64,000 nucleotides of DNA from Octopus vulgaris (taxonomy: Eukaryota): assembly GCA_951406725.2 (NCBI GenBank), contig OX597827.1, positions 21,700,001 to 21,764,000 of the forward strand. The letters are read 5' to 3'. Under the pieces are notes generated by a model that did no database searches, was not told the origin of the DNA, and worked only from the letters and a program-made list of their open reading frames with translations. Both the position numbers and the translations under genes were made by a program. Of this stretch, positions 1-33,600 are shown in pieces. Position 1 is the stretch's first letter. The number at the start of each line of letters is the position of its first letter.

Positions 1-250
1 CAGCTGAAGCTTTTTTTTTTATTTTTATGTTTAACTCTCCAAATTGTCTTTCGTAAATATTAAAAATCTTCAAGAACTACAGAATTTTAAAAAATGGTAA
101 ATTATTTGTCTTGAGTGAATAAGAAAATGTTTCTGTTATTAATAGTGGAACTATTATAATCACCATCGGTACACACGCGGTCACATTTTGAATGACCGGA
201 AGGGAATGGGGGAAGAAAAAGTTCTTTCAAAGACAGGAGAGTGCAAGAGG

Positions 251-298
<48 letters not shown>

Positions 299-736
299 GA
301 CGGGCTTCTTTTCAGTTTCCGTCTGCCAAATCCACTCACAAGGCTTTGTTCAGCCTGAGGCTGTAGTAGAAGACACTTGCCCAAGGTACCACACAGTGGG
401 ACTGAACCTAGAACCATGTGGTTGGGAAGCAAGTTTCTTACCACACAGCAAGGCCTGTGTCGTATACATCTTTCTGTTGATCTTTTCTGCATCGCATGCT
501 TCTACTAAATCTAAAAATATAGTTTACAGTTACTGAAACTATAACTGTGGAATTCACTGTACAATTACAAAACCACAGTTTTTGGTATTTGGTAAAATCA
601 TAATTCTAGAATTTAGAATCTGGAAGTTGACATTGAAAAGTTTCCTGATGAAACTACTTTACTGAAGGTGAATGCTGTTGGTTATTGAAGAATTTACTGC
701 TTTAAATGTGTTATTTCTCCATTTATTCTATTCCAG

Positions 737-21527
<20,791 letters not shown>

Positions 21528-23098
21528 AGGAGAGAAAAAAAAATTTTTTAAGAGGATTTTATGTGATAGAAAAACCAAACCAAAAGACTGACAACCTGAT
21601 GTATAAAAAAAAAACCCAGTGATCTTTCTTACATATTTAATAATTATTATTATTAAGGCGGCAGTATCATTAGCACGCCGGGTGAAATGCTTAGCGGTAT
21701 TCCACTGGTGCTACGTTCTGAGTTCAAATTCTGCCGAGGTCGACTTGACCTTTCAGGGTTGATAAATTAAGTACCAGTGTAACACTGGGGTCAATATAAT
21801 CGACTGCCCCCCTCCCCCAAAATTTTGGGCCTTGTGCCTTTAGTAGAAAGGACTATTATTATGGTTAATCCAAAACACCATTTGACAAAGGCATCTTTTT
21901 TGTTTTTGTTGTTTTTTGGCCGTCTTTCTTCTGTAAATAGATTTTCCATTGTTTTCATTGACAGATATTTGATCAGCTGAACCATCAAATATGTATGTGG
22001 CTGAGTACTTCACAGACACACCGATCCTTAATGTAATCCTCAAATACAATCAAGATGACATAAAGCTATCCCTTTAAATTACAGATATTGCCCCTCTGAT
22101 GGGCTTCCTCACAGTTTCCATCTCCCCATTTTCACCCACCAGGTTTCGATTGATGCAATTGCCTAAAACGCCATGCAATAGGACTGAACCTGTGACCTTA
22201 ACCACTCAACCAAGCTGGAGATACTTGTTTTATTGTTGTTGTTGTTGATAGGCCCAGGACTTGAAACAATAAACTCCCAATGAAGAATCATAAACATTCT
22301 GCAATTTATCAAAAATATATTCTATGAATCAACAACTCCGGAAATAAATTTATAACCAAAAAAATATGAATAACTTATTTTAATATTATAATTTAGTTGT
22401 TATTGTTGTTATTCTTTATCATATTGAAATTGTCATCAGGATCGTTAATTATCACACCTTAATTATAAAAGAGTGTTAAAATTTATTGTTTCTGCTAAAA
22501 GTACAAGGCCATCAATTTTGAGGGGAAGGGCACTGTCTGTTACACTGACTATTTTATTGGCTCCAAAAGGATGAAGGGCAAACTTGACCCGAACCGTGAA
22601 GGACGAGAAAAAATGCTACGAAACATTTTAAATCTTAATATTTGGATCTAATACTGACACGAGGCTGGTAATTTCAGAGGTGGGAGGGATTAGTGGAAAC
22701 TATTGACCCCCAATATTTCACTGGTATTTTATTCTTAACAAGCTGGCAGGAGTGTTAGCGTTGCAGACAAAATGCTTAGCAGCATATCGTCTATCTTTAT
22801 GGTCTGAGTTCAACTTTGCCTTTCGGGGTCAATAAAACAGATACCAGTAAGACACTGAGGTTGATGCAATTAATTTAACTCTTCCCCTTGTGCCAAAATT
22901 AGAATGAATTCTTTTCTGTTAAAATACCAACTCCTTAGATTGGCACAAATCATACATTTAAAGGGGCTAGGGGGTATAATGGAAGGAGTCCTACCAAGAA
23001 CATGCATGAGGTTTACTTATTTTATGAAAGCTGAGAAATGAGTCACTCCTGGCAAGATCTGAACTCAGAATGTAAAGAAATGAAACTAAATTATTATT

Positions 23099-26000
23099 CT
23101 GTTCTACATTTGAGAGATGAGGAATTATGTACATTATTTACAATGGACGGATATGTCCTCATCTCGTTTGTTGTTACCACAACGTTTCGGCTGATTTACT
23201 CTCCAGCCTTCATCACATGTCCTGGTGGAATTTCAAACCTGGGTTCTTATTCCTAAGGTATTTTTTGGCTGAGGTTATTATTATTATTTATTAAAGATGT
23301 AGTTTATGCAGGTTGAAGGCTATTGTTTGTTTATAAATTCGGCCAAATGTGAGCTTTCTTTTCAGGTATATGATGCTGCTTTCCCTCATCCCAGGGTCTC
23401 ACAGGCCCACACCTCCCACACCCTCAGAGTCGGCACACTGAAGGGCAGTTCTGGTGAGATTGTTGAGATGCTTGAACGGAGATGTGTTGATTTGTGCTGC
23501 CTCCAAGAAGTAAGGTGGAGAGGAGGTTCCTCACAGGCAAAAAACACAAGTACAAGATTTTCTGGGCAGGGAACACTGATGGGCTGAGGGGCATGGGTAT
23601 ACTTTTTGCGGAGAAATGGGTTGATAAGGTAATCGAGGTAGTCAGAGTATGCGACAGAATACTTAATATTAGATTAGTGCTTCATCATGGGTTAGCAACC
23701 ATTATCTCGGCCTATGCCCCTCAGCTGGGGCTACCTGATGGACAGAAAGGCCAATTTTATGACACCCTCTTGCAGACTACCGCATTGGCAAATGACAGGG
23801 ATCTTCTCTTTGTGGCTGGTGACTTCAATGGACATGTTGGACAAGCTGCAGGGGGCTTCCATGGCATACATAACGGCTATGGTTTTGGTTCCCGCAATGA
23901 AGAGGGAACCAGACTGTTGGAGTTCTGCGATGTAAATGATCTTATGGTTTGCAATGCTAATTTCAGGAAACCTGCCAATCACCTAGATACAAATAATTAC
24001 AGAGGCATCAAGTTGTTGGATCAGGTAATGAAGGTCACGGAGAGGGTCATAGCCCAACTAATTAGCGAGAGAGTCAGTTTAGATGAGATGCAGTTTGGGT
24101 TTGTGCCAGGGAAACATACCACTGATGCTATATTTCTGGTAAGACAGCTGCAGGAGAAATACCTAGCCAAAGATAAACCTCTGTACCTGGCTTTCGTTGA
24201 TATGGAGAAAGCCTTTGACAGGGTGCCCCAATCCCTTATCTGGTGGTCAATGAGGAAACTAGGGATAGATGAATAGTGAGAGCTGTGCAAGCCATGTACA
24301 GGGACACTGTCAATAAGGTGAGGGTTGGCAATGAGTACAGTGAAGAATTCCGGGTAGAGGTAGGGGTCCACCAAGGTTCAGTCCTCAGCCCCCTTCTATT
24401 TATCATAGTCCCCCAGGCAATAACAGAGGAATTCAAGACAAGATGCCTCTGGGAGCTCCTCTATGCCGATGACCTTGCTCTAATTGCTAAAACCAAAGAC
24501 CTAATAAGTAGGAAGCAGACAAACCACAAATCCCTTCAGGTAGATGGCCCTGCTTGATCTGTAGAAAAGGCTTAGGTAGAAACTCTATAAGATGTACCCA
24601 GTGTAAGCTATGGACACATAAGAGGTACAGCAATATCAAAGGAAGGCTAACTGGGAAGATAATTTTTGTATGTGGCAGATGTTCAGGAGCAATAAACACT
24701 GAAAATGGGCAGAGAACAACTTCCGCCACATTCCAGGGAGAAAAACTAGAAGTAGTTGATAGTTTCCGTTACCTAGGTGACCAAGTCAGTAGCTGGGGAG
24801 GGTGCACTGAAAGTGTAGCTGCTAGAATAAGAATAGCCTGGGCAAAGTTCAGAGTGCTCCTACCTCAGCTGGTAACAAATGGCCTCCCACTCAAAGTAAA
24901 AGGTAGACTGTATAACACATGTGTACGAACAGCCATGCTACATGGCAGTGAAACATGGGCTGTGACTGCTGAGATGCGTAAGGTTACAAGGAATGAAGCC
25001 AGTATGCTCCGCTGGATGGGTAATGTCAGTGCATACACGACAGAGTGTAAGTACCTTGAGAGAAAAGTTGGACCTATGAAACATCAGATGTGGTGTGCAA
25101 GAGACGATTGCGCTGGTATGGTCATGCGGTGAGAATGGATGAGGATAGCTGTGTGAAAAAGTGTGACACCCTAGTGGTTGAGGGAACCTGTGAAAGAGGT
25201 AGACCTGGGATGAGGTGGTGAAGTACGACCTTCAAACATTAGGCCTCACTGAGGCAATGACTAGTGACTGAGACCTTTGGAAATGTGCTGTGCTTGAGAA
25301 GACCTGGAAAGCCAAGTGAGACCATATCCCGTGCCTATACCAGTGGTGTAACCAGCATACTTATGCATACCTTTCCTTCATTGGACACTAAACTCTGCTT
25401 GCGAAGACCTGTTGAGGTAAGTGAAATTGAAATCAAATTCAATGACAGCACCGCTTGACTGGCATCCGTGCTAGTGGAGCGCTAAGAGCACCATCCGCTC
25501 GTGATCATTGCCAGAGGCATGTAAAAAGTACCATTCAAGCATGATTGTTACTGTTGCCTTACTGGCACTTGTTCCAGTGGCACATGAAAGACAACATTCA
25601 AGCGAGGTCTTTGCCAGTGGTACGTAAAAGCACTCACTACACTCTTGGAGTGGTTGGCATCCAGATTGAAGCCTGGTTCAGCCATGTGGCTCACCAGTTC
25701 TCAGTCAAACACTGTCCAACCCATACCAGCATGGAAAGCAGACAGTAAATGATGACGGCTTGGAATTGAACTTGGAATCTTGAGGTTAGTAGCCTGTATT
25801 CTTAACCACTATGCCATATGCCCATGGGCAATTATGGAGTGAATTTTAGGGACTATAAACCTAATGTTTTCCTATCCTTCCTTAATACCAGCTCCCATAT
25901 GCTGCTTAGGTTTTTCTGTCCTAGAATATGTGCTGTTTCTTTTAGTTTTTGTATTTTCCAGTGGTGTTCTCTGTTTATTATTTTAACTTCATCCCATAGG

Positions 26001-27277
26001 GGGAAGTTGTCTCCGTTTTTCCATACATGATCAGCTATACCCGATTTATCGATATCTCATGTCACTGCTTCGCGATGTTCTCTACCCTTATTTTGAGATA
26101 AGATACAAAAGATTTGCAACTCATGACATCAGGACAGTATTCAAGAGTAATACAACACTCGCAAATATTTCCCTTGAATAAAGCCACCAATAGAAGAAAA
26201 TACAACCAAAGACTGCATGTACTCCATCCTATGCAGCTGTGGTAGGTTACACAAAGGCAAAACATGCCACCCACTCAAGATAAGAGTAGAGGAACATAGA
26301 GAGAAACTCCATCAGAAACGAGCTCGTCTCTCAAACCATCGAACCTTCTTGTGTAGATGTAGAGACTCAAAGCTAATACCACCTGGCTTCAATGTAATGC
26401 TTGAAGAGTAGCGGAAAGGGCAGGACATGTCCTCATCCATGAGAGGACCCATTATAAGTGATGAAAACTAAATAACGAAATCAGATGGTCGTCTGCTTCT
26501 TCGGGTGGGTGGAATTCAGTCTTCATGAATTTCTTAATCTGGCATGTCTTCACCTCAAATTCTTTCTTGTATGATTTTTCTAGATCATGTTATTTTGAGG
26601 GGGTGATATGTTTCGCCCTTATGTAACCTACCACAGCTGCATAGGATGGAGTACACGCAGTCTTTGGTCATATTCTCTTCTCTTGGTGGTTTTACTCGAA
26701 GGAGATATTTGCAAAGTGTTGTATTACTCTTGAATACTGTCCTGATGTCATATGAGTTGCAAATCTTTTGTATCTTATCTCAAAATAAGGGTAGAGGAAC
26801 ATCGCAAAGCTGTGACATGAGGAGATATCGATAAATCGGGTATAGCTGATCATGTATGGAAAAATGGAGACCACCTGTGGGATGAAGTTAAAATAATAAA
26901 CAGAGAACACCACTGGAAAATATGAAAATTAAAAGAAGCAGCACATATGCTAGAACACAAAAACCTCCTAAGCAGACTGAATGCAGTTATAAGTAGCATA
27001 TGAAACTAGTATTAAGGAAGGATAGGAAAATATTAGGTTTATAAGCCCCAAAATTCACTCCATGAATGCCCATGGGCATAGTGGTTAAGAATGTATGTTA
27101 CTAACTTCAAGATTCTGAGTTCAATTCCAAGCAGTGACTTTAATAAATAACATCAGCAAAAAAATACCTTAGGAATGAGAACCTGGGTTTGAAATTCCAC
27201 CAAGACATCTGATGAAGGCTGAAACATTATGGTAGCAACAAATGAGATGAGGACAAACATCCGTCAAATGTAAATTA
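23099..27277. mobile_element. Penelope-like (GIY-YIG) foldback element, left arm split by the RTE LINE
   Basis: YSILCSCGRLHKGKTCHPLKIRVEEH, SGIADHVW..WDEVKII, NHRTFLCRCR..LIPPG; 25758-26265 inverted at 26600-27132; 23100-23270 inverted at 27160-27277. Confidence 0.85.
23300..25757 (+). mobile_element. RTE-clade LINE, decayed and internally deleted (APE endonuclease, RT, PHD insert, 3' UTR with GAT tail)
   Basis: CLQEVRW, SAYAPQ, AGDFNGHVG, QFGFVPG, FVDMEKAFDRV, GVHQGSVLSPLLF, LYADDL, FRYLG; frameshifts and stops. Confidence 0.92.
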
Positions 27278-30200
27278 TTGTTCAATCAATATCGACTCCA
27301 TCCTTTTACATGCACTTTCCATGCTTAGCATCAGTGGCCCAAGTTCTGATTCAAGCCAGTTCATACTTGGGGCCCCCACTACCCTACAAGAAGGTCATTA
27401 TTTGTGCTTGATCACTCTGGCACATCAGTCACTTTACAAAGCAGTACAGAGGGGGTTCATATCATAACACCAGTACTACAGATTCATCATATTGTGGACA
27501 AAACTAAACGAGTTTCTCTAGTCTCTACTTGTTCATCCTCCACATCATAGAGTGTGCTGCAGGTGTCTTATTGTGATCCCAGCACAAATGTGGTGGCTTT
27601 CTACCTTGTAAAAACTAAAGTAGCCCCCACTGCTACTTCACATTGTGTCTGTTCAACAAAGACAATGTGATCAACAGGATGAATAGGAGACAATAACAGC
27701 AGATTAACTGGAATGGCTGAGTGGAAAGGAGGCAGTGAGTGGGGTGAGGTGGTGGTAATGAATAACAAGTGAGGTGGACAAGAGGGAGTGATGGCTGTCT
27801 ATAATAAGCAGCCTGGGGAGAGGAAGTGATGACTGGCAGCATGAAAAGCATGATGATAATGTATTTGGTAGAAACAGATACAAGGTCTTAAGGGTAAAAG
27901 GCGGGGATTAAATAGTAGGTTCTGTGCCATCTATTATACAGACAACATGGTACAGAAGACGGTGGGGGGGGGGGGTTAGTGTGATAAGGACAAGAGAGAA
28001 TAAGTTGAACAGATCCAATGACCTCCTTAATTCCATGAGCTCTGACAGATTGGGGGGAAAAAAATGATCATTTTCATATTACCCCAATCAGAGGGTTGAA
28101 AAGCAAAGCATGAAGGAAAAAAAAAAATTCTGTTTAGAGCCAGCTTCCTCGCTTCTTTTCAAACATTAAGATTTCATATAAAAAAAAAAAACAACTAAAT
28201 TTAAAGAATATTCAACAGTGGTTAAAGTTGGCATTGGAACAAATGAAACAAATATAAATTAGATTTGCAAAGGATAAAAGAAATTGCCAGAACTAGGATA
28301 ATTGGTTCGTTCAGTAGATAAGTTTGGAAATTAACAATTCCCTTGTCAATCTTTCACTTTTCATGGAAAGGGTTAATATTTGCACAGGGCCAGCAGGTGG
28401 TTGGAGAGGCTAAGTTGATTAAACTGACCTCAGTGTGCAACTGGTACTATTTTTATTGATCCTGGTAGAATTTGAACTCAGAACAAAGTCTGAAGAAATG
28501 TTGCTAAAGATTCACAGAAAAAACCGTTTTTGGTAGAGAAATATGAAATGTCTTTCTTTTAAAGTTATTCTGGACATCAAAATCTGCGAAGCAGCAACAA
28601 AAGTGACTTTTAGCAAGTAGAACACACAACTGGGTTTTATTAAATGTTATATCTTCCTCCATCTCTATTCACACACCAGTCCAGTTATATTAATCACAAT
28701 CGTAGAGTCCAGCTGTAGTGTCCACTTATATATTACTCCAAAAGAATTTATATTAAATTATTTGAAATATATTTTCCTGAAATAAAAATGACAGGCCTCA
28801 CATGACATAAGTGACCAAATGAAAGTCAAATTTTAAAATTTTATTCTCTCCATTATCTCTCCCAACATGTCTGACCACCTGACACAACCAACTCTGTGGA
28901 ATCAATTTACATTTCTCCCCACATTCTCTACGTAACGCTGCAGTGTTTGCTCTTGGCTTGGCCCCTGCCTCCCCTCTTCTTATACACAACATTGCTCACT
29001 GCACTCTTCTACAGGACTTCATTATTACACAGAAACCAACGCAATGAAGCAACCTATTCACACACACACACATAATTCAAATCTCTTCCTCATGTCGTCC
29101 CATTTTCTCCACTGGTCCTTGTCTTCATGAAACTTCCCAAAGATATGAACACATACAATTGTGTGTTGAAAGCAACCATCTCCAATACCTCTGTTTACTC
29201 TCGTCAGATATTAATAAGACCCTGTCCAACTCTCGTTGACACTCTGGGATAACACTAACATCATTTTGTTAGAGTAAAATCATTTCTCTTTGCATAATGA
29301 ACACACAGTTGTGTAACTTGAAAACTATCTTTTGGCAAACCTTCCTGCTTGCAATAACTGAATTGTCAGTTTGTAAAGTCGTTCTAGCAGAATGGTCAAG
29401 GTTCTTTAAATTCTCTGTACCCTCACTCAAGCTTGAGTACATCATGTACCTCAAGCTCATTATTCTCACAACATAAACGTTTCTAAATCATACACATCTA
29501 CATGTAAGGCACCAGCCTAGATTCATCTTTTGTTCAGTACACAGGACTTGCACTAAGGCAAACAACTCAACAACAAATTCAACTGAGAACCAGAGAATAA
29601 CCTACAATATTTAGTCAAATGCCTCCATATTCTTGATTTAGAATGCTAAGTTGGCGTCGACTTTCATCACTTGGGCTAAAAAAAAACAGAAAAACAAAAG
29701 CAAAGTTGACCTTGGTGCCAAATAAACAAACAATGTGAAGGGACCTTTCTAAATACTAGAAGGCAATTTGTCTGACAATCAAAAAGGCTTCCATTCACTA
29801 TTCTAACATACAGAAAAAGAAACTCTAAGAAAAAACAAAAACGTTATTTTGCAAAAGCTAAACGACAATAGTTTGATAAAAATACAAAGAAATAAAAATA
29901 ATAATAATAACAATGACATTTAACCAATGTAATTTTGTTAAAAATGTTCCCCCTCATCTTCATTCTTTATTTCACTTCATTCTCTTTGAGTTCAGTCTTT
30001 ATTGAAATAAACAACTGGTAGATAGCAGTGTCCAAGGCCAGCTCTGATTTCAAGAATAAAATGTCCACAGTCTCAAAGCTGGATCACTGCAGAGGTCAAC
30101 AGAAATATTCTGTAGACAGATTATATATATATATATATACACACACACCACACACATACATACATACACACACACACACGCACGCACTAACCGAAAGGGT

Positions 30201-30427
30201 GACATGCAGCTGCCTGCAGTGGGCAGTCATCAACATCACAATCATCTGACAGCTCTCCTCAAAAGTCATTGAAAAGGAATGCATATTCCAGCTATTTGTA
30301 TAAAAGATGATGTCTAGATACCAAAATAAATATCTTTCAAAGTAGTTGAATGACTCAGATTCCTTGATTGACACTCTTGGAGTAACAGCTGAGGTAGATA
30401 GAATTTACCAAGCTAAAATATGGTTTT

Positions 30428-30630
30428 TCAAGGAATTTCTTGAACGTGAATAGTCTGTACTGGAATCTCAGGTGAAGTAGCGGCTATCAACCTGTGCTCT
30501 ACATGTCCATTTCTTTGATGTCCGTATTCAAATTTTATTCGTAATTCTCCAATGTGAGATTTCGGTAGAATGTCAGGAATCCATTCAATGATGAAAGGAG
30601 TAGGATCTTTCTGGTCCACACTGGTGTTAC
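30428..30630 (-). CDS. C2orf42: C2orf42 last coding exon
   Basis: cttcag acceptor; [20 protein letters not shown]...; TGA. Confidence 0.93.
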
Positions 30631-33600
30631 CTGAAGAACAAAAGAAAATCATCTTTAAGTTTTACAATCAACATAATGGAAATATAAAATGTGTAAAAGG
30701 TAAATATTTTTGCCAAAGTAAAGCCGATTTATTAATTTCGTTTAGACAATAATTTGAAGGAAGTTAATTAAAAAGAGAACTCGTAATTCAACCAAATATG
30801 AAAGAAGCTACAACGTTAATATCGGTATGTTTCCAATCTCTGATTCATTAAGGTTTACTCTTTTACTTGTTTCAGTCATTTGACTGTGGCCATGCTGGAG
30901 CACCGCCATTTAGTTGAACAAATTGATCCCAGGACTTATTCTTTGTAAGCCTAGTACTTATTCTATCAGTCCCTTTTTGCCGAACTGCTAAGTTACGGCT
31001 AATCTTGGATTGTAGAGTGACCTGCTGTGCTTGAGGAGACCTACTGAGTCAAGTACGTCAACACCAACATCAAAATAAAAATCAAATGGGATTTGTAGTT
31101 ATGATACCCGTGCCTGTGGCACATAAAAAGCACCATCTGAACGTGGCTGATGCCAGCGCCGCCTGACTGGCATCCGTGTCGGTGACACGTAAAAAGCACC
31201 AACCGATCGTGGCTGTTTGCCAGCCTCCTCTGGCCCCTGTGCTGGTGGCACGTAAAAAGCACACACTACACTCACGAAGTGGTTGGCATTAAGAAGGGCA
31301 TCCAGCTGTAGAAACGCTGCCAGATCAGACTGGAGCCTGGCGCAGCCTCCTGGCTTCCCAGACCCCAGTCAAATCATCCAACACATGCCAGCATGGAAAA
31401 CGGACATTAAACGATGTTGATGATGATATATACTCTTACTCTTTTACTTGTTTCAGTCATTTGACTGCGGCCATGCTGGAGCACTGCCTTTAGTTGAGCA
31501 AATCGACCCCAGGACTTATTCTTTGTAAGCCTAGTACTTACTCTATCGGTCTCTTTTGCCGAACCGCTAAGTTATGGGGACGTAAGCACACCAGCATCGG
31601 TTGTCAAGCGATGTTGGGGGGACAAACACAGACACACAAACATACACACATAGATATATATATATACATATATACGACGGGCTTCTTTCAGTTTCCCTCT
31701 ACCAAATCCACTCACAAGGCTTTGGTCGGCCCGAGGTTATAGTAGAAGACACTTGCCCAAGGTGTCATGCAGTGGGACTGAACCCGAAACCATGTGGTTG
31801 GTAAGCAAGCTACTTACCACACAGCCACTCCTATATATAATTTTAATTAGAGATTAAAATATCCAAAGAATTACTGGTTTGTTACCTATTATTCTGTTGT
31901 GAATAGTGATATTCCTAAAATAATAGGTCTAAGTAGAAATCTTGGTTTATAAATATTCAAATTAAAATCCAGAAAATGGAGATGCAGCATTAATATAATT
32001 TATTAACTGCAAAAATCCAACATATATATATTTATTTAATTATGACAGGCTTCTTTCAGTTTCCATCTACCAAATATACACACAAGGCTATGGTTAGCCT
32101 GAGACTATAGTAGAAAACACTTGCCAAAGGTGTCTCACAATGGGACTGAACCTGGAACCATCTGCTTGGGAAACAAGCTTCTTACCACACAGCCACTCCT
32201 AATTCCTATTGCATTTTAAATTTGACAAAGATTCTCAAGCTGACCCCATTATTTCCTTAACATAAAACATTGCAAAACTCTAATAAAACCAAATTCCACT
32301 GGTGCTAGCAGTGATAGTTATAGTTATATTTTATTATCATTCAAAAAGAAAAAAAAAGAAAGAAAAAATCGAATGAAATATATTCCTGGTAAGATTTTTC
32401 CAAGATCTCATAACTTACCAACTTTTAAAAAAGTTTTCAACTCAAATGGCCGGATTGGTGTTTGATGTTTGCTTTTATAAGTGTCATCAATGCTTTCAAC
32501 TTTTACTTTTGGGACTTCATATAAATCATAAGTGCCGTCACGATTTTCAACAAAGTTTCGAGTAATTTCTAACGGCATCTACAAAATGAAAAAGAAAATT
32601 TAAAATTTATTAGCCATGTTACTTCTACTTAAAAGGTTTTATTTTCTTTCTCTTTCTTTTTTTTTTTTTACAATTTCCACAAACTGTGTCCATGCCAGCA
32701 ATATATCTACCATTTTTTAAAACCCATTAGCATTCAAATCATCATCATCATCATTTAACATCCGTTTTCCATGCTGGCATCGGTTGGATGGTAAACTGGT
32801 CTGGAGAGCCAATGGTTGCACCAGGCTCCAGTCTGATCTGGTAAGGTTTCTACAGCTGGATGCCCTAACCACTCAGAGTGTAGTGGGTGCTTTTTAACCT
32901 TCTAGGATTTTCCAACCCACGCATTAAATAGGCTTCGAAACAGTCTCTCGACAAGCTAGAAATAACAGCCAAACCTCCGACTAACTCTACATACTTTGTA
33001 GGCACTCCTACACAAGTGTGCCCCTTTGACTTTGTTTCCTCATAACTTTCAGAAAAAGGACTCAATCAAATCTTATGCTTATCTATTCAGATTGTTTTAA
33101 ATTAATCATGCATTATCTCGCAGCATCAAGATTTCGACGTGATTGTTTATTTGTAGAATAACACCGTAGGGAAGGTTTGAGGCCAGATCCAGCTGGTTTG
33201 AACATATTTGTAGAATATTTGGACTGGATATGAGTAGTTTAAATGCTGCAGGGTTAAATTCATATGTCAAAATTTGTTGATTCATTTTATATAGGATTAA
33301 AATAAACTCAATTAAATAATCACTTGAAACAGCTTTTAATTTCAAAACTCATATTAAACATATCTGCCAGTGAAAAGCATGATGCTGTGGTTTTTGTGTG
33401 AGAAAAACTTTTCACAGACAAGTTGTGTTAAAAATAAAATATATATATATATCAGAGCAAGACATATTATTGACCACAAGGAGCTAAACATAGAGGAGAC
33501 AAACAAAGACAGACAAAGGGATTAAGTCGATTATATCGACCCCAGTGCGTAACTGGTTCTTATTTAATCAACCCTGAAAGGGTGAAAGGCAAAATCGACC

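Noticed and set aside
23494-25132. Active autonomous LINE
   Set aside because: Stops, frameshifts, a deletion fusing the endonuclease to RT, and a second deletion after YADD.
31601-31804. Recurrent peptide [31 protein letters not shown] as a gene family
   Set aside because: Antisense translation of SINE family A; no splice structure or start context.
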